The translations under genes were made by a program, and so were the position numbers. 64,000 bases of DNA from Dimorphilus gyrociliatus (lineage: Eukaryota > Animalia > Annelida). Location: the NCBI GenBank assembly GCA_904063045.1, contig CAJFCJ010000007.1, positions 3,665,404 through 3,729,403 on the forward strand. The letters run 5' to 3'. The notes beneath the pieces were generated by a model. That model was not told the DNA's origin. It did no database searches and saw only the letters and a list, made by a program, of their open reading frames with translations. This document shows positions 27,748 through 41,809 of this stretch, piece after piece; position 1 is the stretch's first letter; every line of letters starts with the position of its first letter.

Positions 27748-28306
27748 CCGATCCGCACGCGACCATAGGCCTAATTACGCGAGAAATTGCATAAGAGGTT
27801 ATGTGTTTATGATGAAAAAATTATCATTTTTTTAAAAAGAAAATTTAATAAATTAAAGAGCAAATTTTATTTTGAACTCGAAAGTGTTTAGGGAATTTTC
27901 GACGGGTAGTAACAGCTTTTTCATCCTCGTGTTTTTTGACGAGAAACAGGTGTAAAGTTTGTTTTTCGTCTTTTCGCCATGTTGACAATAAAGAGAAACA
28001 CATTGCCTTTTATGAATTTATACTCGGTTGCAGACGAATCAAAACCGATTTTCGTTTTTTTTAAATAAAAAACGCGCAAGTCGCCGATGAAAACCACGTG
28101 TAGGAGGTCAGATATTTACACGTTCGACTCAACTTAAAAACTTCCCCTTTATACGAAACACGTGTGGAAAACTAGGGAGAAAAAAAATGAACATTGCTCT
28201 CAGCTTTATTAAAAACCCAAACGAAATGCGACGTGTATACTAGACATCTGGCGTTAAATGATGCCCTACACAGATGTGCAACATTATTAGTTCGCAGTCA
28301 CCGACT

Positions 28307-30759
28307 CTATTCTTCTTCTATATTAACGACGTAGATTTTATTCTCCACCAGTAACACGATCGCTTTATCCAATACAACCATTCCCTCTATATTCTCAGTC
28401 TCTTCTAAACTGATAACATGCTGTTTAGCGACGGTGGAACAATTAGAAGCTTTCCTGTTTCGAACTGTACTTGGAGTAGGTTGCCTATAGATATAAATGT
28501 GTCGAACACAATCGCATAGCACTGCATATCGGCAATTGGGGCTGCAGGAAGAGTATTTTTTATTCCTCTTTGACGCCGACACGTAGCCCAAGGCATTAAA
28601 TGTGCCATCATGATGCCAAGGAATATCCAATGTCGAATCGATTCGCCAAATAAGACCATCAACGTCGTGCCGAATGCACAAGCTCGGAAGTTCATTACGG
28701 ACAGGTGGAACTGAAAACAGGTGTTGATGACTGCTTAAATTTGCCTGCGGAAGAGAGTGAGAGAGAGATCTGTTTAGTTTAGCTTGTAGTACAGGCAAAA
28801 AATGCGGCGGCGCGATTAATCAAACCTGATGAGTGATGTTGTGACTATCACCGTCTATTCGAAGGAGCGCCGACGTTTCTTCCGGAAAGAAGTCACATTC
28901 TTCTAATTGTTGAGAATTGAACGGTTTATTTTCCCCCTTGTCAGGATCCGGGTTCTATTCATTAGGAAAAATTGATGTAAATATCGACCAAAATTAAAAG
29001 TATGACATTGCTAACATGAAAAGCGGGTATTTGTTAAAATATTGAGGGCAGACTCGAGATTCTTATCGATAGCAAAAGAAAAAAAATGCACCTGTAGGTT
29101 TGATGTTAAATGGGCTAGCCTTTCATGTATTTCGGCAGCTTGTTCGGCTGAAAAAATCCTTTCTCCCCTATCATCTCCAATGACAACCTCATTCCAGCAA
29201 TTGTTGACGCATTTGCTAAGCGTCACCTCCAACCTATTCGACAGTCGTAAATGATCGAATAAAGAAGAATGTTAACAAAAGTAAAAGAGGAGAAAATAAG
29301 TGTGAGAAAGAAAACTAAATAATTGACGTACTTGTTATCTACAAGCGTCCAAGTGCTCTCATCCGGTGAGACGCTTTCGTATAAACTCCCTTCTAGTATT
29401 GTAGACGTGTTTATTCTTAGTAAAATATCTTTTTTTGCTATGGTACATTCTACATCGGATTTAGTTATGTCCTCAGGGGCACAGACGGTTACGACGACTT
29501 CTTCAGTGCTCTGATACCAGTAATAGGGCGGAATTGCTTTGTCGGCTGTTTAACCCGAGTAATTCGTGTTAAATCACTTAACGTCGTGAAAATAACGGTA
29601 ATTATACTTACTCGTTTCGGCGCCATCTGCAGCATCGTTATCGTCAACAATCGGTTGCAACGAATCGTACACAAACTGCGGTGGCCTTTCAGCCGATACG
29701 TACAGAAAATTACCAGCTGTACAACAGTAATCCGGAAAACTTTGACCTTCAAGCCTCCTAGTTCTAATTAAATTCCAGTTTTCTCTTTCGTCTGTTCATA
29801 TTCACCCGTATTACACATTTATGATTTTCAAATTATAAAGTTTTTCCTTTATTTTTTTAACCATAAAAGTTTAGGTAGGTAGTGAGTGTATATGGAAACT
29901 CTATTTTAATCTAAATATACCTAGCTCAAAAGTTAACCAATTGTAAACAGTTCGAAATTCCTCTTCGCCTTTAACCGATAAAAGAAGTACGCTAAGTAGA
30001 GTTCGTCCATTTTCTTCATAAGTATGGCTGTGTTCAACCTTCGATGATTCTTGCTCACCTAACGGTGAACCAGAGTAATGGATCTGCGATAAGCGAAAAT
30101 ACAAAACTCATAAATTATATATTAAGGAGAGGGAAATGTTTTCAATTACCCTCCACAGATCCATATCATTATCCCTAGGCCCGGTTTTAATGATATAAAG
30201 GAAGCCTGTACCGTCGGCCAAAACCAACCAGTCTTGGCTAAAAACACTAAGGGTTACGTGATACCGACCGTCCATCTGCCGTCTGGTTCTACTTTCCGGA
30301 ATTTCGAAGACGGAATACGGTTTTTGTAAAGCGCCCGAACACTGCATATATATACAAACCCTAACAGTAATGAAAAACAGAAAAAGAAGAACAGCTGACC
30401 AATTGAACGTTTATCTTGTAAACTTTCCAAAGCTTATCGATTGCAAATATGACGTTACTATTGAATGGGTCCGCAATGAGATGATTGAACGTAGCGAAAG
30501 CTTTCAGGTGTTGATAGGAGTATTGATTTTGATTCAGCACTACTCGGTCAATTTCTAGGAATGTAAACAGTAGGAAGTGACAAGTATTGTTAAAGAATTG
30601 CTTTTGCTCGTATTCCCAATACAAACCTGATTCCAAGCACGTGCTATACTTGGGGAAAGCCTCTAATGACAATTTATAGCCATCGAAGCTAGAATCAAGT
30701 AGCCTTCTGTCTGGGCTCAAAGAAACAAGTTTGCCGGCCTTTCTTTTTTTCGATGCCAT
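28307..30759 (-). CDS. NUDCD1: NudC domain-containing protein 1
   Basis: Start MASKKRKAGKLVSLSPDRRLLDSSFDGYKLSLE. Internal motifs WLVLADGTGFLY and EVVIGDDRGE..AAEIHERLAHLTS. C-terminal CIRHDVDGLIW, TFNALGYVSASKRNKKYSSCSPNCRYAVLCDCVRHIYIYRQP and VAKQHVISLE. Multiple short introns. Confidence 0.93.
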
Positions 30760-32435
30760 TTCCCCAATGCTAAAATGCAAAAACTGATTAGCGAATTAAT
30801 ACGCAACGGGATACAAAAGTGGGCTCCAAAAGAAAAAAAATTAGTGAACAAATGCAGAATAGGAACAAAAAGGGTTTCACACCATTCGTCTAAAACGGAG
30901 CGAATTCGCATACTATAGGCTTATCAAACGACCACAGACGCTTCTCCTTACGACAAACACCCTTCAAAGCCCAGAAAAAGCCCGTAGAATTTATAACACA
31001 TACGAGACGTACTAAGAGCATATCATTAACAAGACCGTCCCTTATGGGTGCGGACGTGAGAAAGTCGGGTACAGCTGTGTCGACGTCGATTTCATTTACA
31101 AATTTCGAATTGAGATTGCGTCCCATCTGTACGAAATGAATGAGCGCAGAATGTCGCAGCTTTTTTATTCTTTCAATAGCATTTCCAGCCTTTAGCTAAC
31201 TCGAAGTAAGCGCACCGTCAATCATTCTATGAGTATAGTGCGCGATGGACGCTATAATACAATTAGGAAAGCGGTCACATCAAAGGAGGTTCTTGGACTC
31301 TTTGAAAGGTGACATCTATCGGATTTGTTAAAATGAGAATTCTTCAACTTATTATTAGGTTAAAATGTTTCTCTTAATCAATCATAAGACATCAAAGAGA
31401 TGGCGAAAGAGAGTAGTAGTGATTTTTCCCCATACACTAATATTTATCACGTGTTCAATATCTTTGCTCAGCAAGCATATCCCTATATAATATATCTGGT
31501 CCCATACCTTTAAAAAGATTTCAAAAGCGTAACTTCTACTAAAATCCAGAGGAACAAGCAATTGCTAATTTGTGATATAATAATCAACTATTGAAGAAAA
31601 AGTGTTCATGTGTCCCGGTGATTCGTCAGCATCAATGCCAAGGACGAATTTCGTTTAAACTCTTTCAGACAAAAATTACGCATCTTTCTTTTAGTTTGTC
31701 TCCATTTTCTGCCATATTCTTATTTAATAAGTTCATTAAGCATACCATCTGTATTGACTTTTAAAATCATACGAACATATCTCCATTCCATTTCCGGTTT
31801 CAACATAACTCACAAAGTATCAGAATGGACGTCAATTTAAGATATTTTGCCACTGTAGTACCATATATCTTATGATTTTATGCTTAAAATCTTAAACTCC
31901 AACTACTAAATATGAAGGGAGAAGAAAGCTAAACTTTTAGAAAAATTTTATTTGCTAATGAATTACCCGCTGAAAGTAGAAAGTGAGTAAAACTCACTAA
32001 TACATTAAACTTATTTAAGATCTTTTTATTATTTTATTGAAAAAATAGAATCAACAGCTTTTAAATGAAGTTATTGCTACTTCTTTGCAAGACTCAGATT
32101 TGGTCTATACAACGAAGAAGCAGCTAATTTAGAAACTAAAAATATTGCTATTTCTATTTTATATCATTCCTGTTTGGATATTTTTACGATAAGTTTAAAC
32201 TAAGTTGCTAACTTCTACATTATCTATCTAATATTTAGTGTTATTACTGACCGTCGTTTCAAAATTAATTGGCGCTTATATGACGAGAATATTTCCGTAC
32301 GAAATGTTTTATTTGCAATTTTAATAAGAATTTAATCTTTCAATAGTAACTAGTCCGTTGATATTTTATATATGTTCGAATCAAGGTACGAAAATACTTT
32401 TAGTTTGGTAATAGAACCGCAGTAAATATAACAAT

Positions 32436-35400
32436 ATGGCGCCGGCCAAGACAGAATTATTGTTTATCGACACATTTTCTCATAGCTCATCAGATGTATG
32501 TCTCAATGCACCAATTAAATGAAAAAAATAACTTGATATTTTATTTTTGCAGGCGATCAATTTGGATTTAATACAATTCATAAGACCGGTGGTAGTTAAA
32601 GAAGTAAGAGTTATTCCGCTTGGTACTCGGGTCCAAGCCGATATACCGGGAGGCATTCGTTTAGGGTAAGTAAAAGCTTTTAGCCTCAAAATCGATTGTA
32701 AAAAGACATTATAACAGTGCAACGAATCCTTCTCAATTCGATTTGGATATATTTGTAAATAATTTGAAGGAACAGACCTCAACATTTGAAAAATTCGGAA
32801 AGTAGGTTTATCATGTGCGCTTTTTATTACCACTTTAAATTTATCACCTCTTTGCAGTATCAAATATAAAGCAAATGTAAATATTCTCTTCGAAGCTGAT
32901 GGAGAGGTTAGAAATGTAGAATATTAGGACAATTATATTTTAAAAACGATCTTAATGCTGTTTAGCCTATACCAACCGATGGCTTGGTAATTCGGGGTAT
33001 TTACACGACTATAACATTGGCTGTCTACGGAAATGAGACTATTCAAACACGATCCGTATCACCGCCTATTCAACAACCGAAGGTTAGAGCCCCTGATGTC
33101 CTCACCACTCGACCTGTTGGTGGAGGAATTAATCGTCCAGATAATTTAACAAAGCCACCCATTGATCTACCTGGGGTCAATCAAAAAGTATCAGAATGGC
33201 TCTCAATGGCCCCTTCACCTCAACCATCCCCAACCAGACCCATCTCACCACACAATAATGATCAAAGGCATGTAGCATCCACTGCTGTCTCCCAAAATGC
33301 TCAGTCTTCACCTAATGATCCTCCACCATCAATACCAATCGAATCTACTGGACAAGTTCATGATCCCAGGGCTTCTAGAGCCCGAATGGAAGAGGCTATG
33401 CCAATTACAGTTGTTACAAGTATGCGCATTGGTAAAACTGAGCCTGTTCCAAATCCAACACTAAACGAAGTAACGGACGATACGGAACCGGGAGAAATTC
33501 CTGAGGATATCGAAATGGTCTCAGTAAGTGCATTATCAGACCGCTTTTTTGCTGTTTTTCTAATAATAAATTAATTTATAAGGATGAAGAATGTCAAAAA
33601 GGCTATGAAACTATTTCGTCCGGTGAAGATAATTTATCAGATTTAAATGGTGTTCCATCCCGTAAACAATTAACTGATGTAAGTTACCATACAAGTAACT
33701 AATTATAATCTGTAAAAATACTGACATTTAACTATCAATTGTAGATGGACGTAAGCGGTTTAGATATTGTTGATAGCGAAGGATGGACCTATGGAGTTGC
33801 TAGTTTCAACCCTTATCAATTTCAATTGGTACCCCTTGAAGCATTTTCAGATCCGGCTCTAACTCCTCATGAAATTGCGGTACATAAGCTAAATGACAAC
33901 AAATCATTATCCTGCCAAGAGGCTGATAGGATATTACAATATATCCAGAAAACTGAAGGATCTGACGCTGATTGGGTAGATCGTATGGAACAGGTTACAG
34001 ATATGTTAGTTCCTGGACTCGCCCATCTTATGATAACTGAATTCAAAAATCAAGTTTTGGATTGCTTGTGTGAATGGGCATTAAGAGGATTAGACACTGA
34101 TTCGGCAAGTCGTCAACCTGTTACTCACATGGTCCGACATTTAAAAGCTGGTATTCGATTGTGTGGAGCTCTTTGTGCATGCCATGATGATATTGCGTTC
34201 CGTCTATTACATCGCGACGTACAACATCAGCTTGTGCAACTACTCGGTAGAAGGGAAATGGCGTCGTCGATAAAATTGTTAATTCTCCGTTCTTTAGATC
34301 AAACAACAAGGGTAAAAGATGGTCTTTTATGGTTTATTGGTGGTCATCCAATACAAAAGAAAGTTGACAAATGCGTTTACGCTGAGCTAATTGAACAAGT
34401 TATTGATGATAGACATGATCAAAGAGTTCTTAAAGCTCTAAGTGCTTTATGCAACAAATTAAATTTATATGACTCTCTCCACGCTCTGAATGATAATGTT
34501 AGACTAACAATAGCTCAAACTGAGGAGGCTTTACAAAAAGTTGTTGATAAAGAAGATGAAGAATTTATTATAGAGCCCCTGCAAGACGACGTTGTTCAAA
34601 AAATTGTTACCTGTCTTGAACATATGACAAGATCTCTTATTAATGCGAGATTTACTCTTTCTCAACCATCAAGAATTCCAATTCGAGAAGTTTTATACGA
34701 AGTTCATCTACCCTCTCACGATCCCCTACCAGATATTTTAAGGATTTTCAATAGTTCTGGAATTCTAAAAGCTTGCAACGTATTACTGACCAGTCCATCC
34801 TGTACTCAACATCCGTCTATCATTCTTGCAGCAAAGAAACTTATTGAACAGTTGTGCTCCTCACAAGCTGGATTACTATTTCTTGCATTCAATCCGGATC
34901 CTGTTAATAGTCTAATTATGAGTATTTTGCAAAGTGTATCTAGGGACGATAGTGAAGAATCGATGAGCAATTCATTTGTCTTACACCTAGTTTATCATTT
35001 GCAAAGTCTTCTATATGTAGATGAATTAAAAATGACTATATCTCGGGGTGGATACGTACTAGGAGTCTTACATAATCTTTTTGTTCTAACTTTGTCCCCT
35101 ATTGGAAGAGATGCAGTTGTTCGGGTTTTGGGTTTGGAAGATAACCTTTTACCGCTCCTTCAACTAGCCGATATTGGCGAAATAGATAAAGAAGACGTTG
35201 AACTTAAAAAGAAAGCTATACTTTTACATTATGTGTTTAATTTAATTTTACTCGTTCTAAGACATTCTACCAATACCGCATCACTACTTGAACGTCATGG
35301 ACTGTTGTTAAATAAGCTTTCGAAAAATGAAATGACGATCATGCCAAAAATTAATGAAAAGATTCACGAAATGTCCGAATTCTTATCACCAATATCCAGC

Positions 35401-37845
35401 ATTCTTGATAAACCAACGTCCTTGGAAGTTTTACCAGTTCTATTAGAGCAGATGAAACATCTAGTCGATGATATTGAATGTACAATACCAAAAGGTTTAG
35501 TAACTATTTTACGACTTTTACAATCATTTCTTGTGCAACCAGTCAATAACGAATGGCCAGTTCAACTTGTTTATGAGAGGGCAGTGGCCGAAAGTCAGGG
35601 AGCAATACATTATCTTGCAAATATTGTACAAAAATGTGCAGATATCACAAGAACACCTTGGTTAAAATGTATACCTCTTCAACCCAATACGAAGACGCTA
35701 ATAATATCAACTCTAACGACGGCCTTGTCATCGTTAACCGCTTTACTACAAAAGACGATTAAAGCTCGGGGACTAGACTTTAAGGATACCACAGCAGTTG
35801 AAAGTCTATTTAACGCTCATGCAGTGTTCTGTTCTGTTACTCCAAATGGACACTTGAGCAAGGAGCAGCTGGATATACAGGAATATATAGTTGCGTGTTT
35901 GGCAGCCTACACTCAACCTCTCATTTGCGATAACAAGGCTGTTTCTCAGTCTGTTTGGACTGGAACTCTGAAAAATTTATTAAAATGGATGCTCACAGCC
36001 CCATATACTATTCTGTCTGGATTAGTATTACTCAGCGAATTATTACCTTTACCATTGCCAATTCAAACAAAGAAAAATCTCGAGAAGGATGATCAATATT
36101 TAATAATTCAACCTAGAAAATTATGCAGTGCCCATTTACTACCCTTGGACGAACAATTACGCGATGTTGTAAACACTTTAGCAGTGTCCAGTTGTAGTCC
36201 TTTACAACACATTTTGAAAAGGGTGTGCTGGCAGCTATCAGATTTAACTGCTCCATCTGCATCTGTAATGGCAACTATTGTTTTAGATCTGGTAGCAAAG
36301 ACTATAGATGATTCAGGAGGTTTATCTAATTCCAACTTAGTTCGCGTTCTAGATTTATTAGTCTTCCTTGCTGATAAGCCATCATTTAAAGCAGCAGCAA
36401 TTGCACTACTTAATGAGGAAACATACGAAAACATTCTGAGAAAGATTGCGTCACTTCTCAATGTAGTTGATGAGCAAAATCGTTGGCATAGCGTTGTTCA
36501 GGAGGCAATAATTGGTGTTTACCAGTGTCTATGTGACTGTGAGGTATCTCTACTATCGTTAGATCAACACTCAGTCGCCGAATGTGTATCAAATTCTTTG
36601 CCATCAAAAAAGCACCTTTATATTATCATTGAAAGTATATTTATGCATATTGGTTCGCCAGATCAAAGTTATACCAGCGTAATACCATCTTTGAAGACTT
36701 TATATATTTTACTTGAACATGACTTTGGACTATCTCTCTTACACGAATATCTCGCTGAAAGAGACAGTAGCGTTTTTTATGTTTTGTTTGACCGAATCAA
36801 TGGAACTTTTAGTAAAGACAGTCATGACCACATAGCAACGCTTACAGCTGCTGTGGAAGTTCTCCATATGATGGTTCAAAATAAAAGGAAAGATATCATA
36901 ACGATCAACAGATTAAAACTTATGCTAAACTGGCCTAAAGAGATGCATCCTCTTGACGATCTCGAAAACCTACTATCAGCGCAAATAGAAAAACAAGATG
37001 AAAATTTGAGAACTCTCCACGACGCAATGAAAGATCTCGTTTCAATTTTAAAAGAGGAAGATATGAGTAATGAATGGAAACCAGTAGAACTTCCAAATCC
37101 GCTACCTTTGCACGAACTCTTTAACTTGAGAACTGTCTCCATGTTTGCTGAATCAGATGAGAATAGACTAAGTGACACTTTTTGGTTGGCAACACCCATG
37201 GGAGGAGAGGGAGAGAGAGAAACTGTTCCCGTGAATTTAATTGAAATTGTTAATGAGCATTTACCTGATGTCAAACTGAAGGAGGAGCTAATGAAGGATA
37301 CAGATGTTGCAACAGCACGTAGAATTCGGGCTCGTGCTCCTCGCCGTCAAATGGATATGATTAATACCAGTAAAACGCAAGGATCTAGTAGAGGAGCTTT
37401 CGCTGCCCCAATGAGAGGAAGGGGATTTGCAAGAGGCGCAAGTACTCGTAACGACCTATTTCGTTCAAGGCCACCAAATACTTCGAGACCGCCATCTATG
37501 CATGTCGATGACTTTATTAAGATGGAAAATTCTGAAAGTGCTCCAGATGATGCTACTGTAATGCCTCCACCTCCAACAATAACTACTACTCCCGACCGTC
37601 CGAGATCAATATATCCTGGACCATCATCGGTTGGCTCAGGGTATCGACGAGAAGATCCACAACAGTGGAGATCAAAGACCTACGCATCATCTGATTCAAA
37701 TCACTATTCATCGATAGACACTCGGAACTTTGGGCAGAACTATTTGTATAACAAATTCGTAATTAATCCACAAACACAGACGCCTAATTCACCGTATAGC
37801 CGAAGAACAGATGCTCGAAACTATATGCGTCCTGTTCCTAAGTGA
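32436..37845 (+). CDS. VIRMA: Virilizer / VIRMA (KIAA1429), scaffold of the m6A methyltransferase complex
   Basis: The N-terminal VIR_N domain spans six short exons (ELLFIDTFSH, VVVKEVRVIPLG, FDLDIFVNN, TDGLVIRGIYTTITLAVYG). A single 4.1-kb last exon (33745-37845) contains ELLPLPLPIQT and the C-terminal DLFRSRPPNTSRPPSMHVDDF. Confidence 0.95.
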
Positions 37846-37917
37846 AAATATTTTATGGAATGTTCTTTTTTTTATTTTACAGTAAATATATAAATTTTTT
37901 GAAACAAATAATAATCA

Positions 37918-39230
37918 TGAACAGAGACACTAAGCGGCAGGATTCGTCCTCATCAGTTCCAGATCACTTTTCATCATATCTTCGACTAGTCCCTATCAAA
38001 AAAAAACACATATAGTATTCAACCTTTCGCAATCCTTTACGACTTACTTCAAAATCGAACTTTGGTTTCCAGTTCAATTCTCTCCTAGCTTTTGTAGAAT
38101 CACCTTGAAGGTATTCAACCTCCGTTGGTCTATAGTACTTCGGGTTTACGTTAACTCTTATTATGCCAGTTCCCTTTTCTTTTCCAACCTCATCAGCGCC
38201 CTCACCTGACCACCTAAAAAATGAAAAGAGTAGAAAGAAGGTCGACTTTCCTATGTAAAACTACTGACTCAATAGATTTACCAACAAATTTGAAAGCTGC
38301 CTCAACAAATTCTCTAACACTGTGAACTTCTCCCGTCGCAATAACATAATCGTCACTATTATCTTTCTGTAACATCAACCACATAGCTTCAACATAATCC
38401 TTTGCGTGTCCCCAATCGCGCTTTGCGTTCAAATTGCCTAACGAAAATGACTCCATCAACCCCAGATGAATTTTCGCCACTGCTCTTGTTATCTTTCTCG
38501 TAACGAACGTTTCTCCTCTTCTGGGTGACTCGTGATTGAATAGGATACCATTCGAAGCGTGAATTCCATAAGCTTCTCTGTTGTTGATCACAGTCCAGAA
38601 GGCAAATTGCTTTGCTATTCCGTACGGAGACCTTGGATAGAATGGTGTGTCTTCATTTTGCGGTATTTCTCTCACTTTTCCATATAACTCACTGGAAGAA
38701 GCCTGATAGAATCTAACCTTTTGAGTCAATTTACAGGCTCTAATCGCCTCAAAAACACGTAGTACACCCATACCGTCCACGTCGGCTGTGTATTCGGCGA
38801 TTTCAAAAGATACTTTAACATGACTTTGAGCGCCAAGATTGTAGATTTCGTCTGGCTGAATTTCATTAATTAGCCTCATCAAACAGGAAGTATCAGTTAA
38901 GTCACCATAATGTAACTTCATTCCTTTTTTAACGTCGAAATGGGAATTATAAATATTGAAATGATATATTTAACATTCAAGGACTTACTTCCTTCCTGGT
39001 GGATTTTAGGATCATCGTACAAATGAGTTATTCTCCCTGTATTAAATGAACTAGAACGTCGTATGATGCCATGGATCTGTGATAATGTAGATTAGCTGCA
39101 TTCATTATTAGCGATGAGTAATTTTAGTTACCTCGTAGCCCTTATCGAGCAGGAATTCGGCTAAATAAGAGCCATCTTGTCCACTTATTCCCGTAATAAC
39201 GGCAACTTTTGACTTAACAACAGGACAACT
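37918..39230 (-). repeat. Left arm of a 1313-bp near-perfect inverted repeat (partner 46671-47983)
   Basis: Paired coordinates sum to 85901 throughout, so there are no indels. A line-by-line manual comparison found only two mismatches (39220 vs 46681, 38220 vs 47681), and the introns are included in the identical tract. Confidence 0.93.
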
Positions 39231-39262
39231 GGTATCGTCCAAAGAAACTCCTTTTGATGTTT
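37930..39262 (-). CDS. GMDS: GDP-mannose 4,6-dehydratase, copy 1 (first coding exon not located)
   Basis: [104 protein letters not shown]; stop at 37930-37932. The exon starting at 39262 follows a phase-1 acceptor, so the ATG exon lies further upstream. Confidence 0.95.
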
Positions 39263-40397
39263 CTGTAATTGTAATTAGAGAATGTTGAAAAATAACTTTT
39301 CTAGTGGCTGATTATTATATAGAGAGGATGAAAATAGAACTAAACTTTTCCCTACTAGAAAATGACTATGTCCATAAATTGGGTCTACTATTCCTTTTAT
39401 TAGGGTACTTTAATGTTCGCAAGGATTATAAATATGTAATACAGAAGGGATAGTCTATATCTATTCCTGATTTTGTACAGTCATTTTTTACATGTTAATA
39501 ATGTCGTTGTAATAATTGTTGAGACAATGTTTTTTTAACAAATACAATATTTATAGTCAATACTTGAATTATTCAACAAGTATAAGGAATACGGAAAGTG
39601 TTTAAGGCTTTTTAGGAAATGTTTTGGTATTATTTGCATATTATCCTAGTTTCTATCCTACTTTTTTAAGTTGGTATTCGCAATGTAGGTGGCTAACCAC
39701 AAACAAAACGTTAATCTTATACGAAACAAAGTATATAAAGGAATAGCAAAATAACGCCAAACCTAAGTATAAGTAGATAACAAAAAAGAAGAAATGATAA
39801 CTTGAAAGACGTGTTAGAGGTGACGGTAACATAGCTAAATGATTATAAATAAATTTTGAATTGAGCGATAATATGTTGAGGAACGTCTCAAGTGTTATTC
39901 AGTAGTGTCATCTCAAGTTAAAATGAAATATTCATTTATTTATCTATTTAAAAAATGCTTTAAAACACTAATACTTTTTAAATTGTTTTTATTTGAAAAG
40001 AATGCGTGTATGTCAAATATTTCTGCTTATATATATTGCCAATAAGCACGCTTAAGCTATTAGCTCTCGATGTTTCTACTATAAAGAGTAGGCAACTTTA
40101 AATAATTATATCGTAAATTTCTTTCCCAGACAATAAACATTATATAAAATGTCAAATAGACAGTTGTTTTCGTTTGCTTGAAAATAAATTGGTTAGAAAG
40201 AGTGTCAAACCGATTGATTTCCAGACACAACTCAGGTTTTTGCCTACGACATCCCCCAGAAAGAAAACTATAGACTCGTCCGCCTTATAATAAAAGGCAG
40301 TCTCTCTCTCTATTATTCCTCATCTAACTCGAAGAAACACCGTCCCTTTTTCGATATCAGAGTTAAGCGACCCAAATCGACAACCTAAGAAAATATC

Positions 40398-41488
40398 ATG
40401 TCTTCAAATTGTGGTAAGTGATATTTCTCTTGCAATCTTTAAGAAACATTTGGAAAAAATCGGCTTTTTCTAAAATGATGTTGGGCTTGTTCCACGTGAC
40501 GTCAAAAATTTAACGTTACTGCGTATTATGTTAAACAGCTGCAAGTGAAGGTCCAAGAGAAAGGGTATTAGTTACCGGAGGAGCCGGTTACTTAGGATCA
40601 ACGTTAGTTCCAATGCTCTTAAACCGAGGCTATGAGGTCACGGTATTCGATAGACTATCATGGGGCGTTAATCCTTTACTACCCGTGGCTGGCGACTCAA
40701 AACTACGCTTGATTCAAGGTGACGTCTGTAACGAAGAGGAATTAGCTGCGGTTATGAAAGATGCCGATGCAGTTATCCATTTGGCCGCCATCGTAGGTTA
40801 TCCCGCTTGCGAGAAGGATCACGAATTGGCAAAGAGGGTAAATGTTGAAGGTACTCGAAACGTAACCAAATTGCTCGCCAATCGGAAAGTAATTTATGCC
40901 TCCACTGGTTCATGCTATGGGGCTGTCTCGGGAGTATGTACCGAAGACACACCAATCTCTCCTTTAACGTTGTATGGATCAACCAAAGCTGAGGGTGAGA
41001 GATTATGTCTTGAAGCTGGGGGCGTTGCCCTGCGATTGGCTACAGTCTTTGGCGTTTCTCCTCGTCTTCGTTTAGATTTACTAATTAATGACCTAACATA
41101 CAAAGCTTTAACATTGAAAGAATTCGATCTTTATCAAGGGCATTTCCGTCGTACATTTCTTCATGTTAGAGATGCTGCTAGGGCTTTTATTTTTGCTCTT
41201 GAGCATTTCAATGACATGCGCAAGAAAGCCTACAACGTTGGAGATGATAAAATGAATATGTCTAAAGAAGAAGCCGCTAAAGTCATTCAAGATGAAGTGA
41301 AAAATTGTAAAATTACACCTAACCACTCAGGAGAAGATAAAGACAAACGTGATTACGAAGTCTCTTATCAGAAACTCTGCTCTCTAGGCTACTCATCAAC
41401 GATATCTGTTCAAGATGGCGTAAAAGAATTATTAAAAATTCTACCTCACATGACTCCTGAAGAAGCTATGAAATGCCGTAACGTCTAG
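40398..41488 (+). CDS. Extended-SDR NAD-dependent NDP-sugar oxidoreductase/epimerase, resembling the bacterial GDP-D-glycero-D-manno-heptose dehydrogenase (Cj1427-like) family
   Basis: Exon 1 40398-40413 (MSSNC, phase-1 gtaagt) and exon 2 40539-41488. Rossmann TGGAGYLGS and catalytic YGSTK (YxxxK). Family-type motifs [47 protein letters not shown] and [12 protein letters not shown]. The family assignment is from memory of Cj1427 and needs an HMM/BLAST check. Confidence 0.85.
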
Positions 41489-41809
41489 AGGCATTAAAAT
41501 AAGTATAAGGATAAAACACAAGTCTCAGTATTTCATTATATGAAGAAAAAAGTCTACAAATTTTGTCATAAAAGATGAAATATTTTTGTCTTATGGAAAT
41601 TAAGATATAAAAAACGAAAAAAATACAACTAATTGAAATATTCTCATATTAATTGGAGTTGTTACTTGTTACTATTTACATGGGTACAATATTCATTCAT
41701 TACAATACTTTAGTCATTTATCTATGACTCATTAATTCACGTGGAAAAATCTCGCTCTTATCATCTTATAAGACATATGTTACAGAATACTACATTCCTA
41801 TTAAGCCCA

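Noticed and set aside
30890-31126. Minus-strand 78-aa ORF between NUDCD1 and VIRMA
   Set aside because: No recognisable homology, the opposite strand is equally open, and no consistent upstream exons could be assembled. It may be promoter/UTR sequence.
34121-37274. Antisense and alternative-frame ORFs inside VIRMA (and similar ones in RAB3IP, nervy, GMDS/SDR and BRAP)
   Set aside because: Shadow ORFs of real coding sequence, with no independent motifs or splice signals.
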